Source: a virus (taxonomy: Duplodnaviria > Caudoviricetes). From it: a stretch of DNA of 64,000 nt. Positions 55,409-63,408 of the stretch are shown in pieces; the stretch's first letter is position 1, and each line of letters begins with the position of its first letter. The notes under the pieces were generated by a model. The model saw nothing but the letters and a program-made list of their open reading frames with translations, was not told the DNA's origin and searched no databases. The stretch spans positions 1 to 64,000 of the IMG/VR virus record IMGVR_UViG_2599185236_000001, one strand, 5' to 3'. Position numbers and translations under genes: made by a program.

Positions 55409-55983
55409 CAGGCGGCCCTCAGTAGGTCACCGGCCGGTGAATTATCGTTGGCGGCCTCGAACTTCCCAACCTGATTGCCCCACGCCGACCAGCCGGCCCA
55501 AGCCTGCCGAGCGAATAGCTCGAGGTAAGGGCCGCCGACGAGCTTCTCGATCCGGCCATACTGCTCGTCGGGCTTTCGGCTATGCTCGCGGCGCGGCGCG
55601 CGGATCACAGAGCGGACGCCACGGGACAGACGGCGCGGCTTGCCTCGCTTGAACAGGTGGCAGACTTCCACCTCCTGGCGCGTCCAGTAGCCCATGCCCA
55701 TCCTTCCTTTGTCCCAGACGAAGGCGATCGACACCGGCTTGAAGCCCCAAGCCGCGGCCACTTCGATGGCGGCTCCCTGCAGGTGGCTGACGGTCCACAT
55801 GAACAGGAGGCAGTCCTTCGCCGCTACGTCAGCAACGGGCAACGCTGTGATGTCGGCGAGCGACATGACGTCGTAGGGTTGCCCCCCCCGGGCCGGAGCC
55901 ACGCTCTTCTTGCCGTAGGTTCTGAACGCCCACGGCGGATCAGCAAGGATGGCGCCGAAGCGCCCCTCTGGTAAGGGATTCAT
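55408..55983 (-). CDS. MT-A70 family adenine methyltransferase
   Basis: ILADPPW, LFMW, WGF, GMGYWTR...E, HSRKP, YLELFAR. Confidence 0.9.
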   Translation of the reverse strand: MNPLPEGRFGAILADPPWAFRTYGKKSVAPARGGQPYDVMSLADITALPVADVAAKDCLLFMWTVSHLQGAAIEVAAAWGFKPVSIAFVWDKGRMGMGYWTRQEVEVCHLFKRGKPRRLSRGVRSVIRAPRREHSRKPDEQYGRIEKLVGGPYLELFARQAWAGWSAWGNQVGKFEAANDNSPAGDLLRAA

Positions 55984-56022
55984 ATAGTCTCCTCTTGTGG
56001 TGCTTTGCGCGGTGGTGGCGCG

Positions 56023-56337
56023 CTACAGTGTGCGGAGCAACTGCGTAGCCGCGAGACGAAGGCCGGCCGCGCTTGCGCCGTGGTGAGTGGCGGCAACTGC
56101 GGCCTTTGCGCGGATGTCCGCACCGGTGCGTGGCTCATCTTTGGCGATCTCGCCGCAAGCAGCAGCTTGCTTGTCGTGCCATTCGGCGGCTATGTAGTAG
56201 GCCTCTGCCTTCTTCTTTTTCTCGGCCGCCACCATTGCGATGATGCGGGCGGCTTGGACGGCTGCGCTGCCGCGGGCGATCATGACGGTTTTGGTCATGT
56301 GGATGACAGCGCAGGATTCGGCTTCGTGGCGCTCCAC
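56023..56337 (-). CDS. hypothetical phage protein
   Basis: Ala-rich ORF in operon. Confidence 0.45.
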   Translation of the reverse strand: MERHEAESCAVIHMTKTVMIARGSAAVQAARIIAMVAAEKKKKAEAYYIAAEWHDKQAAACGEIAKDEPRTGADIRAKAAVAATHHGASAAGLRLAATQLLRTL

Positions 56338-56597
56338 CTACCGTGCCGCTCCATCTCGTGGAGTGTTAGCTTCATGCCCGAGCACTTCGACGTGCCGATA
56401 TACTCCATGCGACCGGATGAGTTGAAAAGGGATGCCGTTACGAATCCTCCCTCAACAAGTTCGTCCATTGCGGATGACGCGCGGTCACTCAAAACGCTTT
56501 GTGCGCCCTCTCCGCCGATCTTCAATGAACTCTTTTCTCCGTGCGCGAAGAATGTCGTCATAAGCGCTCGTGCATCGATCGATAGCTTGATCATCAC
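56295..56597 (-). CDS. hypothetical phage protein
   Basis: coupled ORF. Confidence 0.5.
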   Translation of the reverse strand: MMIKLSIDARALMTTFFAHGEKSSLKIGGEGAQSVLSDRASSAMDELVEGGFVTASLFNSSGRMEYIGTSKCSGMKLTLHEMERHGRWSATKPNPALSST

Positions 56598-57322
56598 CGA
56601 GCAACCTTCTCTTCCACCACCCGGAACCCAGGCAGCTCACGCGCACCGGCCCGCACCCGCTCATTTGCGAGCGATAAGGCCAGCGCCATGAACTCGACTG
56701 GCGCAAGCGTGTACGCCCACTCAAGAGCGGCTTCTTCGTCGGCTATCTCCGCCGACCACACCGACCTTAACCCCGTCCCAGTCGTCGCCGCCTTGTCGGC
56801 ACGCTTCGCACCGCGCTCCATCTTCTTCGCGTCGGCAAGAAGTTCCTCGGCCTCTTCGCGAGCGGCAAGGTTGCCGGAGGAAGATCTGATCGCCGCCTCT
56901 GCAGCCTCTTTTGCAGCTGCTGCTTCGGCGGCCTGCTTGGCAGCTTCCGCTGCCTTCTCGTCCGCAACCTTCTTGCGCCAAGGCGCGAGAAGAGCACCGA
57001 GCGTCGACTTGGCGAGATCGACCTTGCCCTTCTTCGGCTGGATGTAGGGGTTATAACGCGATTGCACCGCGGCAACCTGGTCGTCGAGCGGCTTCTTATC
57101 CTCGACGCGCAGCGCGTCGGCTTTCTTGCCGGCCTCGTGCAGCCCGTCGTACAGCTTCTCGATCGCGTCGTGCATCTCCTGGCTGGAGATGGCCTCGCCG
57201 TCGGCCCAGTTCTTGGCCTCTTCGTAGAGGTCGTCGATCTCGGTGAAGATGGCGATGTAGGGTGGTTGGTTGTGCGTCTTCGGCACGGAGCCGGCGATGT
57301 CGGTGGGGTTGAACTCGGTCAT
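56594..57322 (-). CDS. coiled-coil phage protein (Gam/Gp157-like, uncertain)
   Basis: long helix, KKPL...I-x-P, TGLRSVW, GARELPGF. Confidence 0.6.
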   Translation of the reverse strand: MTEFNPTDIAGSVPKTHNQPPYIAIFTEIDDLYEEAKNWADGEAISSQEMHDAIEKLYDGLHEAGKKADALRVEDKKPLDDQVAAVQSRYNPYIQPKKGKVDLAKSTLGALLAPWRKKVADEKAAEAAKQAAEAAAAKEAAEAAIRSSSGNLAAREEAEELLADAKKMERGAKRADKAATTGTGLRSVWSAEIADEEAALEWAYTLAPVEFMALALSLANERVRAGARELPGFRVVEEKVAR

Positions 57323-57807
57323 GCGGCCACCTGCGGCGGTATCCGGCGAGCAAGCTCTGCATTGACCTTATTCTGCGCGGCTTCGTGAGTCGCTTCATCG
57401 ACCTCGAAGTCGTCGTCGCTGTCGGCATCTTCCGCCGCTGGAAGAATAGCGTAGTAGCGCGTCTCGATGATGCCGCCGCGAGAAACCGCAGCAACTGTGC
57501 CGTCCTTATCCCATTCCAAGACCTCGAACGGGTTTTCGACGCACGCGTCGGAAGAAGTGTCATCTTCCGGCCAGTACCACTGGCACCCATTCACTTTTCT
57601 TTGAAGGTCAGCCACCTGCTCACGAAGGGCAGCAATCTCATATGCGAGCGCCACATGGAGGTTGTCGGGACCGCTACCGCGGAACGCCGGCCACTCCTCA
57701 CCGTAGCGAAGTGCCTCCCATGTGCCCGGTGATGTCTGTTGGATGGTGTACTTGCCGTCATTGACGGTCACCGAAATCAGGCCGTCGTCGGCCGCTCTCT
57801 CGCTCAT
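57319..57807 (-). CDS. hypothetical phage protein
   Basis: RBS GAGGAGAC before MSERAAD. Confidence 0.55.
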   Translation of the reverse strand: MSERAADDGLISVTVNDGKYTIQQTSPGTWEALRYGEEWPAFRGSGPDNLHVALAYEIAALREQVADLQRKVNGCQWYWPEDDTSSDACVENPFEVLEWDKDGTVAAVSRGGIIETRYYAILPAAEDADSDDDFEVDEATHEAAQNKVNAELARRIPPQVAA

Positions 57808-57897
57808 CTTCGTCTCCTCTTGTGGTGTGGTCTTCTTCGGCGCTGGTGGGCGCTTCATGCTCATGACAACGGCGGTTACATTGGCCATCGTCAACCG

Positions 57898-59691
57898 TCA
57901 GAACGGGATGTCATCCCAATCTTCTTGCATCCACGCAGGCTTGTTGTCGTTCGCCGGCGGCTCGTCGTCGTCGTTGGCTGCGCCATAGTCGCCGACCACA
58001 TGAGAAACCACGTCCCAATACCGATCCCTCGGTTTGACCATGATCTCCGCTGTCTCTTTCAACTCGGTCTGGCGCTCCAACCACTCCAAAACGCTTCGAG
58101 GGAACGGCCGCTGGCCTGCATGGGCAAGCCAAAACCTATCCGCCTTAGTTTTGGCGAAGCCGGAATGCTCGGGGCACAGCCACTCGTTGATGGCCGTCAT
58201 GCCAGACATGTAAGTGACTTTGACTGACGGCGGCTTGTCGCCCTTCCCTTCATGGAAGCGGAATGTGCGGCTCGTAACGTCGCGCGAATCCGGCTCGGCC
58301 ATCGTCATGATTGGCACGTCGGCGGCGTTCGCAGCGATCTTCGGGCTGTCATCGATGTCAAACTCGAACCCGCAGCAGGTGCAGATGCGAGCCGAGGCGT
58401 GCAGCTTCTCGCCGCAGCCTGGTTCGCCATGCTTGTCGAAGCCATCCTGCGGGCAGATCTTCATCGGCGCTTCGCCGTCGCCGCTACCCGGCTCCTTCGG
58501 CTCAACCATATCGACCGGCCCATGCTTGTCGACGAGGCCGGCGAAGTCCAGCACGAGGCAGGACGGCTTAGGCCCGGCAGCAATAGCGGCGCGGCGCTCC
58601 TCCGGCGTCTCCAACGACATGCCTGGCGCGTAAAGCACGCGAGTGCCCCTTCCCATCATCTGCAGGTAAAGGCTCGCGCTAAGCGTCGGCCGGAGCGCCG
58701 CAATGAGATCCACGCCCTTGTGATTGAATCCCGTCGTCAAGACTGAGTTGTTGGTCAGAGCGCGGATGCGATAGGCCTTGAAATCCTCGATGATCCGGCG
58801 GCGCTCCTCTTTCGGAGTGTCACCGGTGATGGTCTCGCAGCTGATGCCGCGCGACCGTATCTCGTCGCGGACGTGCTCGGCATGCTCGACACCGGAGCAG
58901 AAGCAAAGCCAAGACCGTTTGTCGGCGCCCTTGGCCACTATCTCATCGACTGCGGCGCGCGTGACGTCCATCTTGTCAACGGCAGCCTGTAGCGCCGACT
59001 GCTTGAAGTCGCCTCCGAGCTTGCCGACTCCCTTGGTGCTGAGCTCGAGAGCGGTATGCTTCGATGACAGCGGGGCGAGGTAGCCATCCCGCACGCCATC
59101 GGCGATGCCGTAGGTATAGACGACGCGGTCGAACATGCGATCGTCTCCCTGGTCGAGGCGACCGCTGTCCAGTCGAAATGGCGTTGCGGTCAGGCCGACA
59201 ATCTTAAAATCCGGATTAACTTCACGCATGACGCGAAAGAACTGGCCGTACTGAGTGTCGCTGTTCTTCGGGATCAAGTGGCATTCGTCGACCAGCACTA
59301 CGTCGATGGGTCGGTCGAAGATCTTCTCGCCGTCGACGACGCGGGCGCCGCAGATCAGGTCCGCCTTGTTCCAGACAGTCTGAATGCCAGCAAAAATGAT
59401 CTGACTGCGCGCGTCTCGGCGGTTAAGGCCGGCTGAGAAGATGCCCGCCGGCGCAAAGGGCCAGACGCCGAGTAGCTCGAGGTAATTCTGCTCAATGAGC
59501 TCGGCCACGTGGGTGACTACCATAATACGCATGTCGGGCCAGCCCTCGACGAGCTGTTGGATGACGGTGGCCATTACCATCGACTTGCCCGTACCGGTAG
59601 CGAGGTCGATCAGCGGATTGCCAGCCTCCTCTCCCCAATAGTCGAACAGCGCCGCAACGGCGTCTTCCTGATAGTACCGCAGCCCCATCAA
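57898..59691 (-). CDS. superfamily II DEAD/DEAH helicase with zinc ribbon
   Basis: LRYYQ, LATGTGKS, VDECH, GLTATP, QMMGRGTR, LDFAG, KICP...CTCC; ends DDIPF. Confidence 0.95.
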   Translation of the reverse strand: MMGLRYYQEDAVAALFDYWGEEAGNPLIDLATGTGKSMVMATVIQQLVEGWPDMRIMVVTHVAELIEQNYLELLGVWPFAPAGIFSAGLNRRDARSQIIFAGIQTVWNKADLICGARVVDGEKIFDRPIDVVLVDECHLIPKNSDTQYGQFFRVMREVNPDFKIVGLTATPFRLDSGRLDQGDDRMFDRVVYTYGIADGVRDGYLAPLSSKHTALELSTKGVGKLGGDFKQSALQAAVDKMDVTRAAVDEIVAKGADKRSWLCFCSGVEHAEHVRDEIRSRGISCETITGDTPKEERRRIIEDFKAYRIRALTNNSVLTTGFNHKGVDLIAALRPTLSASLYLQMMGRGTRVLYAPGMSLETPEERRAAIAAGPKPSCLVLDFAGLVDKHGPVDMVEPKEPGSGDGEAPMKICPQDGFDKHGEPGCGEKLHASARICTCCGFEFDIDDSPKIAANAADVPIMTMAEPDSRDVTSRTFRFHEGKGDKPPSVKVTYMSGMTAINEWLCPEHSGFAKTKADRFWLAHAGQRPFPRSVLEWLERQTELKETAEIMVKPRDRYWDVVSHVVGDYGAANDDDEPPANDNKPAWMQEDWDDIPF

Positions 59692-60230
59692 GCAGCCCGC
59701 CTTTGCAGACGAGCGACGAGAACGGCCCGGGCACGCTCTTCCTTCTGGCGAACGTTCTCTTTGCTCGTGCCGTTCTCGTCTCCGATGTCGGAAAGCAGTT
59801 CGCCGGCCGCGCGACGCAGCACGATGTTTCCGTTCGGGATGCGCTGCAGACGATCAACGACCTCCGCGAGATCGGCGCGAACGAACTGCTCCGGCTGCAC
59901 ACGCAGTTGCGCGCATCTGTTCTCAAGAGGCGCAACGTCATCGCCGACCATGGCATCAATCGAGACTTCAGGCGCGTTGCGCATCTGGCGCCGCTCGCGC
60001 TTGCGCATCCCACTCGCCACGCTCTCCATGACGAGTTGCGCCCATGTCCGGAACGTCTCCATTCTGCATGTGCCGGCACGCCGCAGCATGGCAATCATCG
60101 ATTCCTGCAAAAGATCGTCAGCCTTCTGACGGTCGCGTGTGATTATGCGCGCCTTGCGACGGAGCATAGGAAGGTAGGCGACAAGCGCGGCGTCAAAGCC
60201 GGTCGGCCTGTTGTCATTCGCCGGGATCAT
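59688..60230 (-). CDS. ECF-like RNA polymerase sigma factor
   Basis: region 2 LP-x-LRRKAR...ADDLLQE...FRTW; region 4 LSDIG...KENVRQ-x-E-x-RAR. Confidence 0.7.
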   Translation of the reverse strand: MIPANDNRPTGFDAALVAYLPMLRRKARIITRDRQKADDLLQESMIAMLRRAGTCRMETFRTWAQLVMESVASGMRKRERRQMRNAPEVSIDAMVGDDVAPLENRCAQLRVQPEQFVRADLAEVVDRLQRIPNGNIVLRRAAGELLSDIGDENGTSKENVRQKEERARAVLVARLQRRAA

Positions 60231-60249
60231 GGCGGTCTCCTCTGTGGTG

Positions 60250-61179
60250 TTAGGCGGTGGTGGCGCCGTCGATCCAAATCTCGCCGTTGGCGAGACGGTA
60301 GGTGATGGTTTCGGCGTCCTCGTCGACGTCGACCTGCTCGCCCGGCACCATGGCCGGGATCGTCAGGTGCGTCGGGCACGCCTCTTTCTGCTCGTCGAAT
60401 GAGATCGGCTTGGCCCAACGGGCGCAGGACCAGTGCCCGTCGCCGCCCATCTCTGGCGTCGAATGGATGCAAGACCTGCAGGTGACGCGCGGCCAGGCTT
60501 GCTGTTTGCAAACCGGCTTGTGCTTGCAGAACAAGCACTCGAACCATTCCGGATCTTCGCTGATGCGTGAGGGCGGCTCCGGCGAATCGATGATGCGCTC
60601 AAGGCGCGCCAGCAGTCGCAGGCAGAACTCGGCGTCGTATTCGATGCGCTCGGCGTAGAGCGTGTCGTCGTCCTTGCAGCTGACAAGGTAAAGGCACCGG
60701 GTAAGGCCGAAGGCGTGCATTCCCAGCTGGCACTGACCGTAGTGAAGCGGCTTGGCCTTCTGACAGCCGTCCTTAACGATCAGCTTCATGCCCTTGGCAT
60801 TGCTCGATTTAAACTCGAGGAGATGTTCGGTCTTCGGCGCCTCGACGACGCCCATGGCCTTGCCGTCGCACTTTCCTCGTACATGGCTGCCGACGAGGCG
60901 AATGCGATCCTGCTGGCCGTACACGTCGACGCCGATCCGTTCGAGATCAGCAACGAGGCGGTCTTCCTCGATGTTGCCAGTCTCAAACAGGCGCAGCTGG
61001 CGGCCGTGATGCTTTTCCAGTGGGCTAGCCCATCGGAAGGCGTACCACAGCTGGCGGTCACAAGGTGCGTTCGCTTCGCCGACCGAGATGCCGAGGCTGT
61101 CCCACGAATTGGCCGCGGCTTCATAGGCAGCGAAGATGGCGCGGACGGTGCTGGATTCAGGGCGTGGAAGTGGGGCCAT
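60250..61179 (-). CDS. Cas4-like PD-(D/E)xK exonuclease
   Basis: CDRQLW, GKCDG...LEFKS, HYGQCQ, C-x2-C-x5-C and CRSC. Confidence 0.85.
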   Translation of the reverse strand: MAPLPRPESSTVRAIFAAYEAAANSWDSLGISVGEANAPCDRQLWYAFRWASPLEKHHGRQLRLFETGNIEEDRLVADLERIGVDVYGQQDRIRLVGSHVRGKCDGKAMGVVEAPKTEHLLEFKSSNAKGMKLIVKDGCQKAKPLHYGQCQLGMHAFGLTRCLYLVSCKDDDTLYAERIEYDAEFCLRLLARLERIIDSPEPPSRISEDPEWFECLFCKHKPVCKQQAWPRVTCRSCIHSTPEMGGDGHWSCARWAKPISFDEQKEACPTHLTIPAMVPGEQVDVDEDAETITYRLANGEIWIDGATTA

Positions 61180-61466
61180 TATGCCCCACCCCCGAACGCA
61201 AACAGCGGCGACGTAGCAAGCGCAGATTGATGGCCGCGCTGATCGCCAGACCTGACGTAAGTCGTCCAGATCTCCTTGCCGTCCCGTGTCACCGGGTGCA
61301 TCTCGGCGACGCTGTAATCAACGTCGTCGATCTCTTCGGCATCGATGTGGAAGTCATCCTTATCGACTTTCGCCTCGATCATCGCCTCCGCATCTTCCTT
61401 AGAAGGAGCCTCGACGACCTCGGTGCTGCGCCCTTGGAACCGGTAGTCAATCAGGAACTTGGCCAT
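61179..61466 (-). CDS. hypothetical phage protein
   Basis: coupled 95-aa ORF. Confidence 0.55.
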   Translation of the reverse strand: MAKFLIDYRFQGRSTEVVEAPSKEDAEAMIEAKVDKDDFHIDAEEIDDVDYSVAEMHPVTRDGKEIWTTYVRSGDQRGHQSALATSPLFAFGGGA

Positions 61467-61469
61467 GAG

Positions 61470-62528
61470 CTACACCCGAACCGGCATCAAGACGCCGTCC
61501 CAGCCAGCCAAGCCACCGGTGATGACCGCAGCACCGCCACCATCCGAAAGCGCCATCGTGACCTCTCCTGCAGGCAGGACATTGAACAGGTCGCGCACGT
61601 ACTGGCTGTTGAAGCCGACATAGAAAGGCTCGCCGCTGTATTCCGCGGCAACCTCGTCCTCCGCCTCGCCGGCATCAGATCGAGCCGCCAGGGCGATTGA
61701 ACCTGGCGCGATGCTCAGCTTAACCGACCGGCCTTTCTCCGACGAGACAGTCACAACGCGTTCGGCCGCCTTCATCATCTCGTCGCGGTTGACGGTGATG
61801 ATCTTGTCGTTGTCACGCGGGATGACGCGCTGATAGTCTGGGAATGTGCCATCGATCAGATTGGCGGTCAGGCTGATGTCGGCATGCTGGATGCGGATCT
61901 TCTCCTGCGAGACCGAAACCGTCACCTCGCCTTTCGGCAGCAGGCCGACGGTCTTGCGCCCCACGATGACGCCGGCGAACTCCGGAACGACCGGGCCACG
62001 GTTGCGCGCGAGCCGGTGGCCGTCAGTAGCCACAGCTACCGCCTTGCCGTCGACGACGTGGAAGTAGACGCCCCCGAGATAATAGCGGGTCTCCTCTGTC
62101 GAGATGGCGAACGCAACTGGCGCGAACAGGCCGGCAAGGTCGATGTCAAACTCGGCGTCGAATGTGCCCTTGCCGAGGATGTCAGGAAAGTCCGACGCCG
62201 GCAGGGTTTCCAGCTTGAACTTGCTTCGGCCCGACTTCACCTCAAGGCGGTTGTCTACCAGTGAGATGGAAATGTCGGCTGCGCTTGCCTTGCGGACGAT
62301 TTCGCCGAGCAGCTTGGCGCTGACGGTCGTTGTGCCGGCTTTCTGGACATCGGCTTCGGCGCTGGCCGTTGCCTGGATGTCGAGGTCTGTCGCTGTCACC
62401 TTGAGAGTGCCACCCTCGGCCTCCAGCAGGATATTGGACAGGATTGGAATGGTGTTTCTGGCTTCGACGACCTTGCCCACGGCGCCGACGACGCGCGCGA
62501 GTTCGGTGCGGCTGATATTCAGCTGCAT
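61470..62528 (-). CDS. dnaN: DNA polymerase III beta sliding clamp homolog
   Basis: PILSNILL, ATDLD, DFP, AISTEETRYYLGGVY, VATDGHRLA, LIDGTFPDY-x-RVIP, GFNSQY, LMPVRV. Confidence 0.93.
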   Translation of the reverse strand: MQLNISRTELARVVGAVGKVVEARNTIPILSNILLEAEGGTLKVTATDLDIQATASAEADVQKAGTTTVSAKLLGEIVRKASAADISISLVDNRLEVKSGRSKFKLETLPASDFPDILGKGTFDAEFDIDLAGLFAPVAFAISTEETRYYLGGVYFHVVDGKAVAVATDGHRLARNRGPVVPEFAGVIVGRKTVGLLPKGEVTVSVSQEKIRIQHADISLTANLIDGTFPDYQRVIPRDNDKIITVNRDEMMKAAERVVTVSSEKGRSVKLSIAPGSIALAARSDAGEAEDEVAAEYSGEPFYVGFNSQYVRDLFNVLPAGEVTMALSDGGGAAVITGGLAGWDGVLMPVRV

Positions 62529-62585
62529 GATGGTCTCCTCTTGTGGTGTAAAGGCGAGCCGATGGTGAGGCGGCCCGCATTAGAG

Positions 62586-62663
62586 TTAGCGGAGCGCGAC
62601 CCAGACGAACGCCACGAAGGCGAACGCACCGGCCGCGCTGGCGAAGGCGTCAGGCCAACCCAT
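62586..62663 (-). CDS. 25-aa hydrophobic peptide
   Basis: MGWPDAFASAAGAFAFVAFVWVALR, overlapping the upstream stop. Confidence 0.3.
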   Translation of the reverse strand: MGWPDAFASAAGAFAFVAFVWVALR

Positions 62664-63232
62664 CACTTGTTGCCCCAGGGCCGGCGCGTGGTGCCCGCAG
62701 CTGCGCCACCGGCGGGCTTGCTGGCCGCATTGTCGTTTGCAGCCGTACGCTGCTGTCGGTTGTCGTTTGCCGGAGCCGACCGCTGCGCAGGCTGGTTCGG
62801 GTCGATCTCGGCGGCCGGTACATTGCCTTCGTCCGGATAAAAGAAGCGCTTGATCTCGTTGCGCGGCTCGTAGCCCTCGCGCGGTTTCTCGACGCCGACC
62901 TTTGCCGTGAACGAGATGAAATGAAGCTCGTCGGAGTCGTTGACCTCGTTGAGGCCGATGGCGCGGCACAGTTTCGCGAGATCGCGCTGGCCGATCTCCT
63001 GCGCCGTGGAGTTGGCGTTTTCGAGGTTGATGTTCGCGAAGATCTTCCGACCCTTGAACTCCGACGGCTCGACGACGTCGTAGGTGAGCTTGAGGATGGT
63101 TCCGTTGCCCTTAGCCGTCGGCTTCACCTCGGAGGCCGAAACCTCCAGCACATAAGTGCCGTTCGGCAGGTTGCTGCCGCGCTGTTCGGTGTCGTGATCC
63201 TGAGCATTAAATCTTTGACCAAGTCCGGCCAT
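62663..63232 (-). CDS. DUF669 single-stranded DNA-binding protein
   Basis: LPNGTY, GRKIF...N, IG-x-x-x-LAKLCRA, RNEIK. Confidence 0.8.
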   Translation of the reverse strand: MAGLGQRFNAQDHDTEQRGSNLPNGTYVLEVSASEVKPTAKGNGTILKLTYDVVEPSEFKGRKIFANINLENANSTAQEIGQRDLAKLCRAIGLNEVNDSDELHFISFTAKVGVEKPREGYEPRNEIKRFFYPDEGNVPAAEIDPNQPAQRSAPANDNRQQRTAANDNAASKPAGGAAAGTTRRPWGNK

Positions 63233-63261
63233 GCGTAGTCTCCTTCTGTGGTGAGTTGGTG

Positions 63262-63408
63262 TTAGGCGTAGTAGCGGAAAGGTCCGCTGCTATAGGGGCT
63301 GACGATGCGCTCGCGCTGCACGGTCTCAAGCCAAGCCAGTCGCTTGCCGCGCAAAGTGCGGACGACGACCGGGAACCAGGCGAACCAGCTTTCCTTCTCG
63401 ACGAACAT
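63262..63408 (-). CDS. small hypothetical protein
   Basis: MFVEKESWFAWFPV...WLETV; TAATG overlap. Confidence 0.5.
   Translation of the reverse strand: MFVEKESWFAWFPVVVRTLRGKRLAWLETVQRERIVSPYSSGPFRYYA

Noticed and set aside
56005-56691. 228-aa plus-strand ORF and similar long opposite-strand ORFs in the track
   Set aside because: Shadows of well-coupled minus-strand genes; no RBS or motifs.
60250-61179. Cas4 as sign of a CRISPR system
   Set aside because: No repeat-spacer array or other cas genes; Cas4-like exonucleases next to Sak4 and SSB are routine in phage recombination modules.
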